NCBI GenBank assembly: GCA_016795285.1
Contig: JAEUIC010000023.1
Coordinates: forward strand, 1-64,000
Direction: 5' to 3'
Length of the DNA: 64,000 nucleotides
Source: Planctomycetota bacterium
GTDB lineage: Bacteria > Planctomycetota > B15-G4 > SIAN01
Below, in pieces: positions 9,599 through 19,600 of this stretch. A program made the translations under genes and the position numbers. The number at the start of each line of letters is the position of its first letter. The first letter of the stretch is position 1. Under the pieces are notes generated by a model. That model was not told where the DNA came from and searched no databases. It saw only the letters and a list, made by a program, of their open reading frames with translations.

Positions 9599-9699
9599 GG
9601 GCTGGCGCCTCGCCGCGATTCGACTCTCGATCGCCGCTCGATCAGGCCGGAGATGGTAGGCGCGCGCGCTGCCGCAGGCGAGCCGTCAGCGCTCGGCCG

Positions 9700-11301
9700 T
9701 CACGGCGAAGCGGTGGTCGGCTTCGCGGCGGCCGCGGTCGTGGCGCTGCCGTCGCCGCGATCGGACGCTTCGCCGACCACCTTGCCGAAGAACTCCGGCA
9801 TCTTCACGCCGCCGACGTCCTGCATCAGGTTCATCATCGGCGGGATCGAGCGGGCGAGGCTCTGCAGGAAGCCGGCCGCGCCGCCGCTGCCGTCGGTGCC
9901 CTTGCCCGAGTCCCACACCACGACCTTGTCGAACTTGATGTTCGAGATCGCCGTCGCCGCGGTCGCCGCGAGCGCCTGCACGTGCTCGAGCATCATCATC
10001 TGGAAGGCCGGCTGGGCGCCGCCGCACGCCTCGATGATCCGCTTCAGGCCTTCGCCCTTCTTGGCGAGGATCTCGTACTCGCCGCGCGCCTGCGCCTCGA
10101 GCTTGGCGTAGAGCCCCTTCGCCTCGCCCTCCGCCTCGATGCGCAGCTTCTCCGCGTGCGCCTCGGCATCGACGATCTGCTTCGCCTTCGACGCCTTCGC
10201 CACCGCTTCGAGCTCGCCGCGCTTCTCCTGCTCGATCCGCTCGGCGAGCGCCTGCATCGCGCGCGCCTCGGCGATGTAGCCCGCCTCGGCCACCGCCGCC
10301 TGCGCCTCGCGGTGCTTGGTCTCGGCCGACTGGAACGCGGACGCCTCCTTGATGCGCAGCTCGGCGTTGGCGGCGGCGATCTGCCCCTTGGCGAGGTTCT
10401 CGCCGGCGACCGCCTTCGCGTTCGCCTCGGCCACCGCGATGCGCATCTGCCGCTCGCGCTCCTTGACCTGCGCCTCCTGCTCGAACGCCGCGGTCCGCTC
10501 GCCGACCGTCTTCTCCTTGGTCAGCTCGGCGATCTTCACGGTCTGGTCGCGCGCCGCCTCGGAGGTGCCGATCTCCTGCAGCTTGCGGGCGTTCGCCACC
10601 TCGATCGCCTTGACGCGATCGGCCGCCGCGACGCCGATGGCGCCCTTCTTCTCCTGCTCGGCGACGTCGATGGTCGCCTGCTGGACCGCCTCGCTGGCCG
10701 CCTTGCGGCCGATCGCCTCGATGTAGCCCGACTCGTCGGTGATGTCGGTGATGTTGACGTTGATGAGGACCAGGCCGACCTTCTCGAGTTCCGGCTCGAG
10801 CGATTTCTGGATCGCGGCGAGGAACTGGTCGCGGTTGCGGTTGATGTCCTCGATGCGCATCGAGGCGATCACCTGGCGCAGCTGGCCGAAGATGATGTCC
10901 TCGGTCTGCTTCACGATCTGCGGGATCTGCAGCCCGAGCAGGCGGATCGCCGCGTTCTGCATCGGGACCGGCTCGGTGCCGATGGCCACCGTGAAGACGC
11001 TCGGCACGCTGACGCGGATGTTCTCGGCCGAGAGCGCGCCCTTCAGCGGGATCCCGATCTGCATCGGGTCGAGGTGGAGGAAGTCGTAGTCCTGGATCAG
11101 CGGCCAGACGAACGCGCCGCCGCCGTGCAGCGTCTTCGCCGAGCGCCCCTCGCCGGTCTTGCCGTAGATGACGAGGATCTTGTTGCTGGGGCAGCGCTTG
11201 TACCGCTTCGCCAGCAGCAGCACGAAGCCGAACAGGATCAGCACCGCCGCGGCGACCATCGCCAACGTGTAGGGGTTCTGGCTCGCGATCTCGGGGGGCA
11301 T
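9700..11301 (-). CDS. Flotillin-like SPFH/band-7 protein (YqiK/FloT-like)
   Basis: N-terminal TM helix, SPFH domain, then long Ala/Glu-rich coiled-coil repeats (EAQ/EAE). Typical bacterial flotillin architecture; 533 aa. Confidence 0.85.
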   Translation of the reverse strand: MPPEIASQNPYTLAMVAAAVLILFGFVLLLAKRYKRCPSNKILVIYGKTGEGRSAKTLHGGGAFVWPLIQDYDFLHLDPMQIGIPLKGALSAENIRVSVPSVFTVAIGTEPVPMQNAAIRLLGLQIPQIVKQTEDIIFGQLRQVIASMRIEDINRNRDQFLAAIQKSLEPELEKVGLVLINVNITDITDESGYIEAIGRKAASEAVQQATIDVAEQEKKGAIGVAAADRVKAIEVANARKLQEIGTSEAARDQTVKIAELTKEKTVGERTAAFEQEAQVKERERQMRIAVAEANAKAVAGENLAKGQIAAANAELRIKEASAFQSAETKHREAQAAVAEAGYIAEARAMQALAERIEQEKRGELEAVAKASKAKQIVDAEAHAEKLRIEAEGEAKGLYAKLEAQARGEYEILAKKGEGLKRIIEACGGAQPAFQMMMLEHVQALAATAATAISNIKFDKVVVWDSGKGTDGSGGAAGFLQSLARSIPPMMNLMQDVGGVKMPEFFGKVVGEASDRGDGSATTAAAAKPTTASP

Positions 11302-11408
11302 CGAGACTCTCCTGTTGGGTCGGGCAGGGACCGCGGACGCGGACCGCGGAGCTGGGCGCGTTGGTGATCGTGGCGGTGGTCGTGGCGGTGAACTTGGCGG
11401 CGGCGCGA

Positions 11409-12002
11409 TCAGACGGCGTCGGCGGCGGCGACCTCGACGACATCGGGGCTGCGCAGCGCGACGATGCGGACCGCGGCGCCGGTCGGCAGCGACGGCCCGC
11501 GCGAGACGGCCTTGAGCTCGACCGTGCGACCTTGCAGCGCGAGCGTCACCTTGCCCTGCCCCTCGCCGTTCGCCGGGATCTGCAGGTAGACGGTGCCGCT
11601 CTCGCCGACGGCGCGCTCGAGCGAGACGTTGCCGCGCGATTGCAGGCCGGCGAGCGTCTTCATCAGCCAGGCGACGCCGTAGAGGGCGATCCCGCCGGCG
11701 AGCAGCGCGAGGACGAAGCCGCTCGCGGGGTGGGTGCCGGCCCGTTCCGCGGCGAGGCCGGCGAGCCCGAAGAAGGTGAGGAACGCGACCACCGTCTTCA
11801 GCGTGAAGAGCTTGACGAAGGCGTCACCGTCGGCCGCGCCGTGATGGCCGCCATGGTGCCCGCCGTGGCTCGCGCCGTCGTGGACGTCGTCGAGCCCGGC
11901 GTCGGCATCGTGGTGGCCGGCGCCCAGCAACTGGGCGAGCGTCTGCAGGACCAGCACCGCGCCGCCCGCGGCAGCGCAGCCGAAGTAGACGTTCAGCAAC
12001 AT
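11409..12002 (-). CDS. NfeD-like membrane protein (YqiJ-like partner of flotillin)
   Basis: N-terminal hydrophobic segments, a His-rich linker and a C-terminal OB-fold-like segment. It lies immediately upstream of the flotillin gene on the same strand, the canonical nfeD-flotillin pair. Confidence 0.7.
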   Translation of the reverse strand: MLLNVYFGCAAAGGAVLVLQTLAQLLGAGHHDADAGLDDVHDGASHGGHHGGHHGAADGDAFVKLFTLKTVVAFLTFFGLAGLAAERAGTHPASGFVLALLAGGIALYGVAWLMKTLAGLQSRGNVSLERAVGESGTVYLQIPANGEGQGKVTLALQGRTVELKAVSRGPSLPTGAAVRIVALRSPDVVEVAAADAV

Positions 12003-12166
12003 CGGCGCACCCCTTCGTGACTCTCCGTCTCGAGCAGGCGCACACTACCGCGAGGTCGTGCGACGGGTTCGCATGCCGTTCGCGCCGCGCAACGGAGCCT
12101 CCCGCCGACAGTGCCGCCGTAGACTGCCGCGCCGGTCGCGATCCCGCGCGATCGCGGAGTCTCTTG

Positions 12167-15133
12167 ATGTCGATCGCTGCGCTGTTGCTCACCGCTGTCG
12201 CATGGGTCGCAGACGACGGGCCGGCCGCGGCGCCCGCTGCGGCACCGCCGCGACGGCTGCGCCTCTTCGACCACTTCGCGCCGGGGAGCGCGCTGCCAGT
12301 GCCGCGTCCCGCGCCGCTGCCCGAGACGGCCGCGCGCCCGCTCGGCTTCGAGCCCGGCTTCGCGGCGCCCGTCTGGCTGGCGCGCCGCATCGGTCGCGAG
12401 ACGCGCTACGAAGCCGATCCGTGGAGCGCGGCGGCGCTGCTGCCCGAAGGCGGCGCGCACGGCGGCGCGCTGCGGCTCGGCCCGGGCCTCGCCGAGGACG
12501 GCAGCCACTTCGGCTTCCTCCTCGAGGCGAAACCACAGACTCGCTACGTGCTGCGCGGCCGCGTGCGCCACGTCGGCCATCCCGATCCCGACGCGGCGAG
12601 CGCTCGCGAGGTCGCTCGGCTGCTGGTCCACGCCGGCCGCGTGACCGATCCGAGCCGCTGGCCGCGCGGCGCACCGACGCTGCTCGACACGCAGCGCGCG
12701 ACGCGCGAGCGCAGCGAGGACGGCTGGGACCGCTTCGAGCTCGCCGTCGCCGCCACCGACGCGCGCACCGGCACGCTCGAGGTGCGCTTGCTGCAGCGCA
12801 GCGGCGGCAGCGCGAACGCCGAGACGTGGTTCGACGATCTCGAGCTGGTCGAGCAGCCGCTCGACGAGGCGCAGCTGCTGGCGATCGGCTGCCTCGGCCT
12901 CGCGCCGGGCGATCGCGAGGCGGCGCGCACGCCGTGGCGGTTGCGCGTCACGCTGCCCGACGACGGCGGCGTCAAGGAGACGACGAAGGACGCCGCGCTG
13001 CTCCTGCCCGGCCGCGCGCTCGAGTTCGACCTCACGGTGCCGGAGCTCGCGGCAGCGCCGCGGCTGCGCTTCAGCCATGCGCTGCTGCCCGGCTGCTTCG
13101 CGGCGCCGGGCGACGGCGTGCGCCTCGACGTCACCTTCCGCTCCGCCGATGGCTCCGCCAGCGCCTCGCTCGGCAGCTTCGAGTTCGATCCGAAGAACGA
13201 CCCCGAGCAGCGCCGCTGGCTCCACGCGCAGGTCGACCTGCTGGCCGTCGCCGGCCAGACCGGCCGCCTCGCGATCGCGTGCCGCGACGTCGGCCCACCC
13301 GACGGCCAGGACCACGTCGTGATCGCGACGCCGCGCATCGAGCCGCGCGAGGAGCCGCCCGCCGGCTGGAACGTGCTGGTCATCGCCTCCGACACGCTGC
13401 GCGCCGATCGCCTCTCCGCCTTCGGCTACGGCCGCCCGACCTCGCCGCACGTGGAACGGCTCGCGCGCGGCGGCGTCACCTTCCTGCAGGCGCGCTCGCA
13501 GGCGCCGTGGACGCTGCCGAGCTTCAGCTCGATCCTCACCTCGCAGTACCCGTCGCAGCACGGCGCCGGGCGCGGCGGCCACGACGAGTGGACGCCGCTC
13601 GAGCCGGGCGTGGCGACGCTCGCCGATGCGCTGGCGCGGGTCGGCTACGAGACGGTCGGCATCACCGCCAACCACCTGATCTCGCCCGAGTACGGCCTCG
13701 ACCAGGGGTTCGAGAGCTACGCAGTGCCGGGCGAGGTGGCGTGGCAGCGGCTCGGCCTCGAGTCGGTCGAGCTCGACGCGCCGCTGGTGGTGCAGTTCCT
13801 CGAGCAGCACCGCGCCACGCCGTTCTTCCTCTTCTGGCACTTGATGGACCCGCACCTGCCCTACACCACCGACGCGGAGCTCCGCAGCGCGTTCACCGCC
13901 GCCGACTACGACGGCCGCTTCCGCGGGGCGCGCCGCGAAGTGCCCTTCCAGGTGCTCGATCCGCGGCCCGGCCGGCGCTGGTTCACCCACGAAGGGCCGC
14001 CGAAGCCGCCGCCGCTCTCCCCTGCCGACGTGCAGTTCGTCAGCGACTACTACGACGCCGAGGTGGCCGAGATCGATCGCGCGATCGGTCAGGTGATCGA
14101 CGCGTTGCAGCGGCTCGGCCTGTGGGAGCGGACCGTCATCGCGCTGGTGGCCGACCACGGCGAAGGGCTCGGCGACCACGGCCACTACCACCACGGCTAC
14201 ACGCTCTTCGACGACCAGGTCCACATCCCGCTGCTGGTGCGCGTGCCCGGCCGCGACGAAGGCGTGCAGCGCCACGACCCGGTCCAATCGATCGACCTCG
14301 CCCCGACCCTGCTCGCAGCGCTCGACCTCCCCGCGCCCGCCACGTTCGTGGGCCGCAATCTCCTTGGTGGCGGGGAGAAAACGGCGGTCAGAACCGCACC
14401 CTCGGAGCGCGACGCCGGCACCGACCCTGCTGCCGACCCCGCCGCCGCGCCGCCCGTCTTCCTCGAGTACCCGAGCTACGACAGCTCCGCGCAGAAGGGC
14501 GTCGTGCTCGGCCGCTTCAAGTACCTGCACGACCCGTGGTTTCGCACCGAGGCGCTCTACGACCTCGCCGCCGATCCGCGCGAGCTGCACGACGTGAAGG
14601 GCGACCACCCCGACATCGTCGCGCGCGGTCGCGAGCAGCTCGACGCCTTCCGCTGGGAGCACCTGCAGCGCGGCCGCTTCCACCTGCGCGTCGCGGCGCG
14701 CGCCGGCGCACGGCTGCGCATCGCGCTCTCGACCGACGATCTCTTCGACGCCAACTTCGCGGCCCGTCCGCTGCCGCCCGAGACCGACTGCACGCTCGAC
14801 CTCGAGCGGCGCCACCTCGTGATCGAGACCACGCTCACCGCCGACCGTTTCGAGCTGGTCTGCTGGGCGCGCGGCGATCGCCTCACGCTCGACGTCACGC
14901 TCGACGGCCAGCCGCTCGAGCGGGGGGTGCGCCTCGGGTCCGCGAGCGACGCGCAGCCGGCGCCGCTCGCTTTCGAGCGGCCGACGCTGGTCGCGGTGGA
15001 GGGGGCGACGCTCACGCCGCCGCACCTCGGCGAGGCGCTCTTCTGGCTCGAGCCGGGGGCGGGCAACGCCGCGCCGGTCGTCCCCTCGCCCGCGGAGCTC
15101 GAGCTGCTGCGCCAGCTCGGCTACGCCCACTGA
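12167..15133 (+). CDS. Large sulfatase-family (alkaline-phosphatase superfamily) hydrolase/transferase with N- and C-terminal extensions
   Basis: Central PF00884-like domain with VLVIASDTLRADRL, MDPHLPY and ALVADHGEGLGDHGHYHHGYT. A Thr, not Cys or Ser, occupies the nucleophile position. Start MSIAALLLTAVAW at 12167; about 988 aa. Confidence 0.7.
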   Translation: MSIAALLLTAVAWVADDGPAAAPAAAPPRRLRLFDHFAPGSALPVPRPAPLPETAARPLGFEPGFAAPVWLARRIGRETRYEADPWSAAALLPEGGAHGGALRLGPGLAEDGSHFGFLLEAKPQTRYVLRGRVRHVGHPDPDAASAREVARLLVHAGRVTDPSRWPRGAPTLLDTQRATRERSEDGWDRFELAVAATDARTGTLEVRLLQRSGGSANAETWFDDLELVEQPLDEAQLLAIGCLGLAPGDREAARTPWRLRVTLPDDGGVKETTKDAALLLPGRALEFDLTVPELAAAPRLRFSHALLPGCFAAPGDGVRLDVTFRSADGSASASLGSFEFDPKNDPEQRRWLHAQVDLLAVAGQTGRLAIACRDVGPPDGQDHVVIATPRIEPREEPPAGWNVLVIASDTLRADRLSAFGYGRPTSPHVERLARGGVTFLQARSQAPWTLPSFSSILTSQYPSQHGAGRGGHDEWTPLEPGVATLADALARVGYETVGITANHLISPEYGLDQGFESYAVPGEVAWQRLGLESVELDAPLVVQFLEQHRATPFFLFWHLMDPHLPYTTDAELRSAFTAADYDGRFRGARREVPFQVLDPRPGRRWFTHEGPPKPPPLSPADVQFVSDYYDAEVAEIDRAIGQVIDALQRLGLWERTVIALVADHGEGLGDHGHYHHGYTLFDDQVHIPLLVRVPGRDEGVQRHDPVQSIDLAPTLLAALDLPAPATFVGRNLLGGGEKTAVRTAPSERDAGTDPAADPAAAPPVFLEYPSYDSSAQKGVVLGRFKYLHDPWFRTEALYDLAADPRELHDVKGDHPDIVARGREQLDAFRWEHLQRGRFHLRVAARAGARLRIALSTDDLFDANFAARPLPPETDCTLDLERRHLVIETTLTADRFELVCWARGDRLTLDVTLDGQPLERGVRLGSASDAQPAPLAFERPTLVAVEGATLTPPHLGEALFWLEPGAGNAAPVVPSPAELELLRQLGYAH

Positions 15134-15153
15134 GCGGTCGGCGGGAGCGCGCG

Positions 15154-15921
15154 ATGGCTCACCTGCTGATCTGTGCGACGCAACGCAGCGGCAGCACGCT
15201 GGTCGCCGAGCTCTTGGCGCAGACCGGCGTCGCGGGGCTGCCCGATGAACACTTGCTGCTCTGGCTGCGCGAACGCCACCGCACGGAGCCGGCCTTCTGG
15301 CTCGAGACGCTGCAGCGCACGGTCGACGCGGGCAGCACGAAGAACGGCGTCTTCAGCTGCAAGGTGATGGCGAGCTACTTCGCCGAGGCGATGGACCTGC
15401 TGCGCGTCATCCCGGGCGGCGAGGGGCTCGACTGCTGGGAGATCGCGACGCGCGCGTTCGTCGGCCCGAAGGTGGTCCGCGTGCGCCGGCGCGAGCGGCT
15501 GCGCCAGGCGATCTCGACCTACATCGCCGAGTCGACCGGCGTCTGGCACATGGCGCGGCGCGCGGGCGCGAGCGACCCGTTCCTGCGCGGGGCGTTGGCG
15601 CCGCGCAACGACGCGCACGCCGCCGAGCTCCCCTTCGACTACGAGCGCATCAAGAGCCACCTCTTCGGCATCGACGCCGGCGAGCGCTGGTGGGACGAGC
15701 TGCTGGCGAAGCACGGCGTGCAGCCGTTCGAGATCGTCTACGAGGAGTTCGTCGCGGCACGGCGCGTGCAGATCTGCGCGATCCTCGACTTCCTCGGCGT
15801 CGCCTATGACCCCGCGGCGCTGCGGCTCGAGGAGCACTTGGACCGCCTCTCGAATGCGACCAACGAGCGCTTCCTCGCCCTCTACCGCGAGGAGGCGGCG
15901 CGGCGCGGCGAGAGGGTGTAG
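15154..15921 (+). CDS. Stf0-family sulfotransferase
   Basis: N-terminal PAPS-binding motif LICATQRSGSTLVAELL; size (255 aa) and overall pattern match Stf0 (trehalose 2-sulfotransferase family). Real start at ATG 15154, inside the long artefactual ORF 12058-15921. Confidence 0.75.
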   Translation: MAHLLICATQRSGSTLVAELLAQTGVAGLPDEHLLLWLRERHRTEPAFWLETLQRTVDAGSTKNGVFSCKVMASYFAEAMDLLRVIPGGEGLDCWEIATRAFVGPKVVRVRRRERLRQAISTYIAESTGVWHMARRAGASDPFLRGALAPRNDAHAAELPFDYERIKSHLFGIDAGERWWDELLAKHGVQPFEIVYEEFVAARRVQICAILDFLGVAYDPAALRLEEHLDRLSNATNERFLALYREEAARRGERV

Positions 15922-15944
15922 CGCGCGCTACGCTGCCGCTCCCC

Positions 15945-16493
15945 TTGGAGGAGCCCCCGATGACCCGCCTCTCGTTCCGATCGCCGCGCGCTGCGCGCTG
16001 GCTGGCTGCCCTCGGCTTCGTCACCGCCTCGCTCGCTTGCTCGAAGGAGGCCGACTCCGGCGCCGCGCCCGAGAAGGAGGAGGGCGGCCTCTTCACGGCT
16101 GCGCGCGGCGCGCTCGGGGAGGCCTCGAAGAAGCTCGAGCAGGTGGAGCTGGTCGGCGCGGAGCTGCTCGAGCGCGCGAGCGCGATGGTGGCCGAGGTCG
16201 CGAAGGAGCTCGGCGCGATCAAGGACTCGGCGACCGCGAAGGCGATGCGCGCGAAGGCAGAGCCGCTGCTGGACAAGCTGCTGGCGGCCAAGGAGTCGCT
16301 GGGGAAGAAGGTCGATCTCGCGCCGCTGCGCGATGCCGCCACGGCGTTGCGCGCGCGCTTCAAGGACGACGCGAGCCTCACCGCGACGCTGAAGCCGCTG
16401 CTCGACAAGCTCGATGCGCTGACCGGCGAGACGGCGGCGCCGGCGGCGGCGGGCGGCGCGCCCGCGCCTGCGAAGGGCCCAGAGAAGGAGTGA
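15945..16493 (+). CDS. Hypothetical helical lipoprotein
   Basis: Signal peptide with lipobox (TASLAC-S), then Ala/Lys/Glu-rich helical repeats. Alternative start at 15960. Confidence 0.5.
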   Translation: MEEPPMTRLSFRSPRAARWLAALGFVTASLACSKEADSGAAPEKEEGGLFTAARGALGEASKKLEQVELVGAELLERASAMVAEVAKELGAIKDSATAKAMRAKAEPLLDKLLAAKESLGKKVDLAPLRDAATALRARFKDDASLTATLKPLLDKLDALTGETAAPAAAGGAPAPAKGPEKE

Positions 16494-16550
16494 CGCGCTC
16501 GACCGGGCGGCGCGGGCTCGGCCAGCCGCGGGCGGCTCGGCAGGAACGAA

Positions 16551-16594
16551 CCGGCCGCGGCACCCGTGAGGGCACCGCGGCCGGTCCGATCGAT
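16551..16594. terminator. GC-rich hairpin between convergent genes (candidate bidirectional terminator)
   Basis: CCGGCCGCGG....CCGCGGCCGG, a 10-bp perfect stem flanking a short loop, between the lipoprotein stop (16493) and the S8 protease stop (16656). No T-tract. Confidence 0.3.
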
Positions 16595-16655
16595 CGAGCT
16601 TGCGGGGCGCGACGCGCGAAACGACTGCGCGCCACGCCAGGACCTCACGCTCCCA

Positions 16656-19600
16656 TCACTGCGCCGTCAGCGAGAGCGTCCACTTGTTGAGCTTGCCGGT
16701 GTCGGTCGCGGCGAGGTCGCGGACCTTCAGCGTCCAGTTGCCGGCGATGCTCTTGCCGGTGAAGGCGGAGAGCGAGCCGGCGGGCGCCGTCAGGTCGGGG
16801 TACTCGGTCTGGAGGTTGTCGGTCGCGCCGCCGGTCCGATTGTGCAGCAGCACCGTCGTCCCGTCGGGCGCGATCAGCGACACCTCGAGATCGCCCTTGT
16901 AGGTGTGGGTGATGTCGACCCGCACCTTCACGCTGGCGACCGTCCCGGTCTGGCTGTACGTGATCGGGCTCGACACGCCGGTCGTGTTGTTGTCGGGGAT
17001 CGAGAGGTTCGGCGAGACGGAGGCCTCGCCGTTGAAGGTGATCGTCCACGAGCCGAGCGTGCCCGTGTCGGTCGCCGCGAGGTCGCGGACCTTCACGCTC
17101 CAGTTGCCCGCCGTGTTCTTGCCGTTGAAGGCCGAGAGCGCCGCCGCCGGCGTGGTGACGATGGCGAACGTCGTCTTGAGGTTGTCGGTCGAGCCGCCGG
17201 TCCGGTTGTGCACGATCACTGTCGTCCCGTCCGGCCCGATCAGCGACACCTCGAGGTCGCCCTTGTAGGTGTGGGTGATGTCGGTGGTCAGCGCGATCGA
17301 CGACACCGTCAGGCTGTTGGGCACGTTGATGGTGCTGGTGACGCCGGTCGTGTTGTTGTCCGGGATCGCGACGTTCGGCGCGACGGTGAAGGTCTTCACC
17401 GGGTTGCCGCCGCCGCCCGCCGAGTTGATGACCAGCTGCACCGTCGTCGAGTGGACGAGGCTGCCGCTGGTGCCGGTGATCGTCACCGTGTGGGTGCCGA
17501 CCGTCGCCGTCGCCGTCGTGGTGACCGTCAGCGTCGAGCTGCCGTTCGCCGCGATCGGGTTGGGCGAGAAGCTGTAGCTGACGCCGCTGATCACCGGCGA
17601 GGCCGACAGCGTGACGCTGCCGCCGAAGCCGTTGCTGGGCGTGCTGGTCGCCGTGTAGCTGGTCGACTGCCCCTGCGTGATCGTCTGCGAAGCGGGCGTC
17701 GCGGAGAGGGAGAAGTCGGGCGTCGGCGCGCCCGCCGTCGCGTTGTAGACCACCAGCGCGAAGTCCTGGTCGGTGGTGTCGGCGTTGCCCGGCACGCCGT
17801 CGCCCGCGATGTTGGTCGCGCGCACGGTGACCGAGATCGCGCCGGTCGTGCCGGCCGGCAGGAAGACGCTCTCCACGTTGTTGCGCACGTCAGCGGTGCC
17901 GCCCGTGATCGAGCCGCCGCCGGTGAAGACGTTGCCGCGGTAGAGCGTGCCGTTGACCGTCACCTCGAGGTCGAGGTTGTTGACGTAGGCGTTGCCGGTG
18001 GTCGGGCCCGGCGCATCGGTCCACGCCAGCGTCACGCGCACCGGCTGGGTCGAGGTCGAGATGTTGCCGGTCGCCGTGTAGGTCGCGCCGGTCGCGCCGA
18101 GCACCTGCGTCTCGTCGACGGTGATCCGCCCGGTCGTGTCGAACGTGCGGCCGAGGTCGACGCGGCCGTAGCCCTGGTTGTTGGAGGGCAGCGTGTCGTT
18201 CGCGCCGACGCCGGTCATGTAGGCCGTCGTCGAGGTGAGCCACGCCTTCTGCATCGCCGGGCTCGGCGCCGGCAGGCCGTTGTTGAGGAACCACTGGCGC
18301 AGCAGCGCGCTGGCGCCGGCGATGGCGGGCGTCGAGTGGCTGGTGCCGGACGACCACGCGTAGAGCGTCTGCCCGGTCGGCCAGTACTGGTTGCAGACGC
18401 CCGAGCCGTTGTAGCCCACCGCACGGCTGGCGGCGCCCTCGATGTGGGTGCCGGGCGCCATGATGTCGGGCTTCTTGCGCGAGTCGGAGGTCGGGCCGCG
18501 CGACGAGAAGCTGATGATGTCCTTCGCGTTGTCGGCGCCGGTGTTGCCGATGGCGCATCCATCGGTGCCGGTCATCCGGTAGTTCTCCGACGCGCCGACC
18601 GTGAAGACGTTCTTCGCGGTGCCCGGCGGGTGGATCGTCGAGGCGCCCGAGCCGTCGTTGCCCGCGGCGAAGACGATCGCCATCGCCTGGTTGCCGGCCG
18701 TCCCGCTCACCGCATCGCGCACCGCGGCGTCATGCGCCTGGCTGTCGCTGTTGTAGGTGGTGCCGCTCGTGTAGCCCCACGAGTTCGACGAGATGCGCGC
18801 GCCGCCGTTCCACGCGTTCGCCATGCGGGTCGGCGTCGACTGGTTGAAGACGCCCGCGCCCGCGTTGGAGAAGACCTTCGAGTTGCCGATCTTCACCCAC
18901 GGCGCGATGCCGAGCCCGTAGTTGTAGCCGCTCGCGTCCTCGTAGGCCGTGCCGGCGAGATTGTTGAATCCGCCGATGATCGACGCGTTGATGTTGCCGT
19001 GGCCCGCCTGGCTGTCGCCGAGCGCGTCGCCTGAGTAGTTGTTCGAGTAGACGAAGCGGCTGGCGCCGGTCGAGACGCCGTCGACGCGGTACTCGACGTT
19101 GACGTCGGTGAGGCTCCCCTTGTCGACGCCGTCATCCACGACGTCGACCGCGAAGCTGAACGGGTTGGCGCCGGCGCCCGGGAAACCGAGCCCCTGCAGC
19201 CAGCTCAGGTAACCCGGCCCGGTCGGCTGGGTCCCCGCCGCGTTCAGGTTGCCGGCCATGATCTGGCCTTGCGCCTCGTCGAACAGCATCGCGTCGAGCT
19301 TCGGCTCGACCGCGAAGACGTGGGTGTCGCGCGCCAGCGCCAGCGCCATCGCGCCGCTCGTGTAGAGCTCGACGTTGATGTAGTCGAGCACGCGCCACGG
19401 CTCGCACAGCGACTGCTCGCGTGCGACCAGGCGATCGACGAACTCCTGCCCTTCGGCGTCGGCGATCACCTGCACGATGATCCGCTGCAGCGCGTTCTCG
19501 AGCAGGAACGGCGGGCGCAGCTCGGGACGGAGCTTGAAGGCCGGCTCGTAGGTCGAGATCGAGAGGAGCCAGTCGTTCACCCGCAGCTTGCCGAGCGCCC

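Noticed and set aside
16566-19034. 822-aa plus-strand ORF antisense to the S8 protease, and small plus ORFs 16600-17577
   Set aside because: Antisense to a gene with canonical subtilase D/H/S motifs. The small ORFs simply mirror the tandem P-domain repeat.
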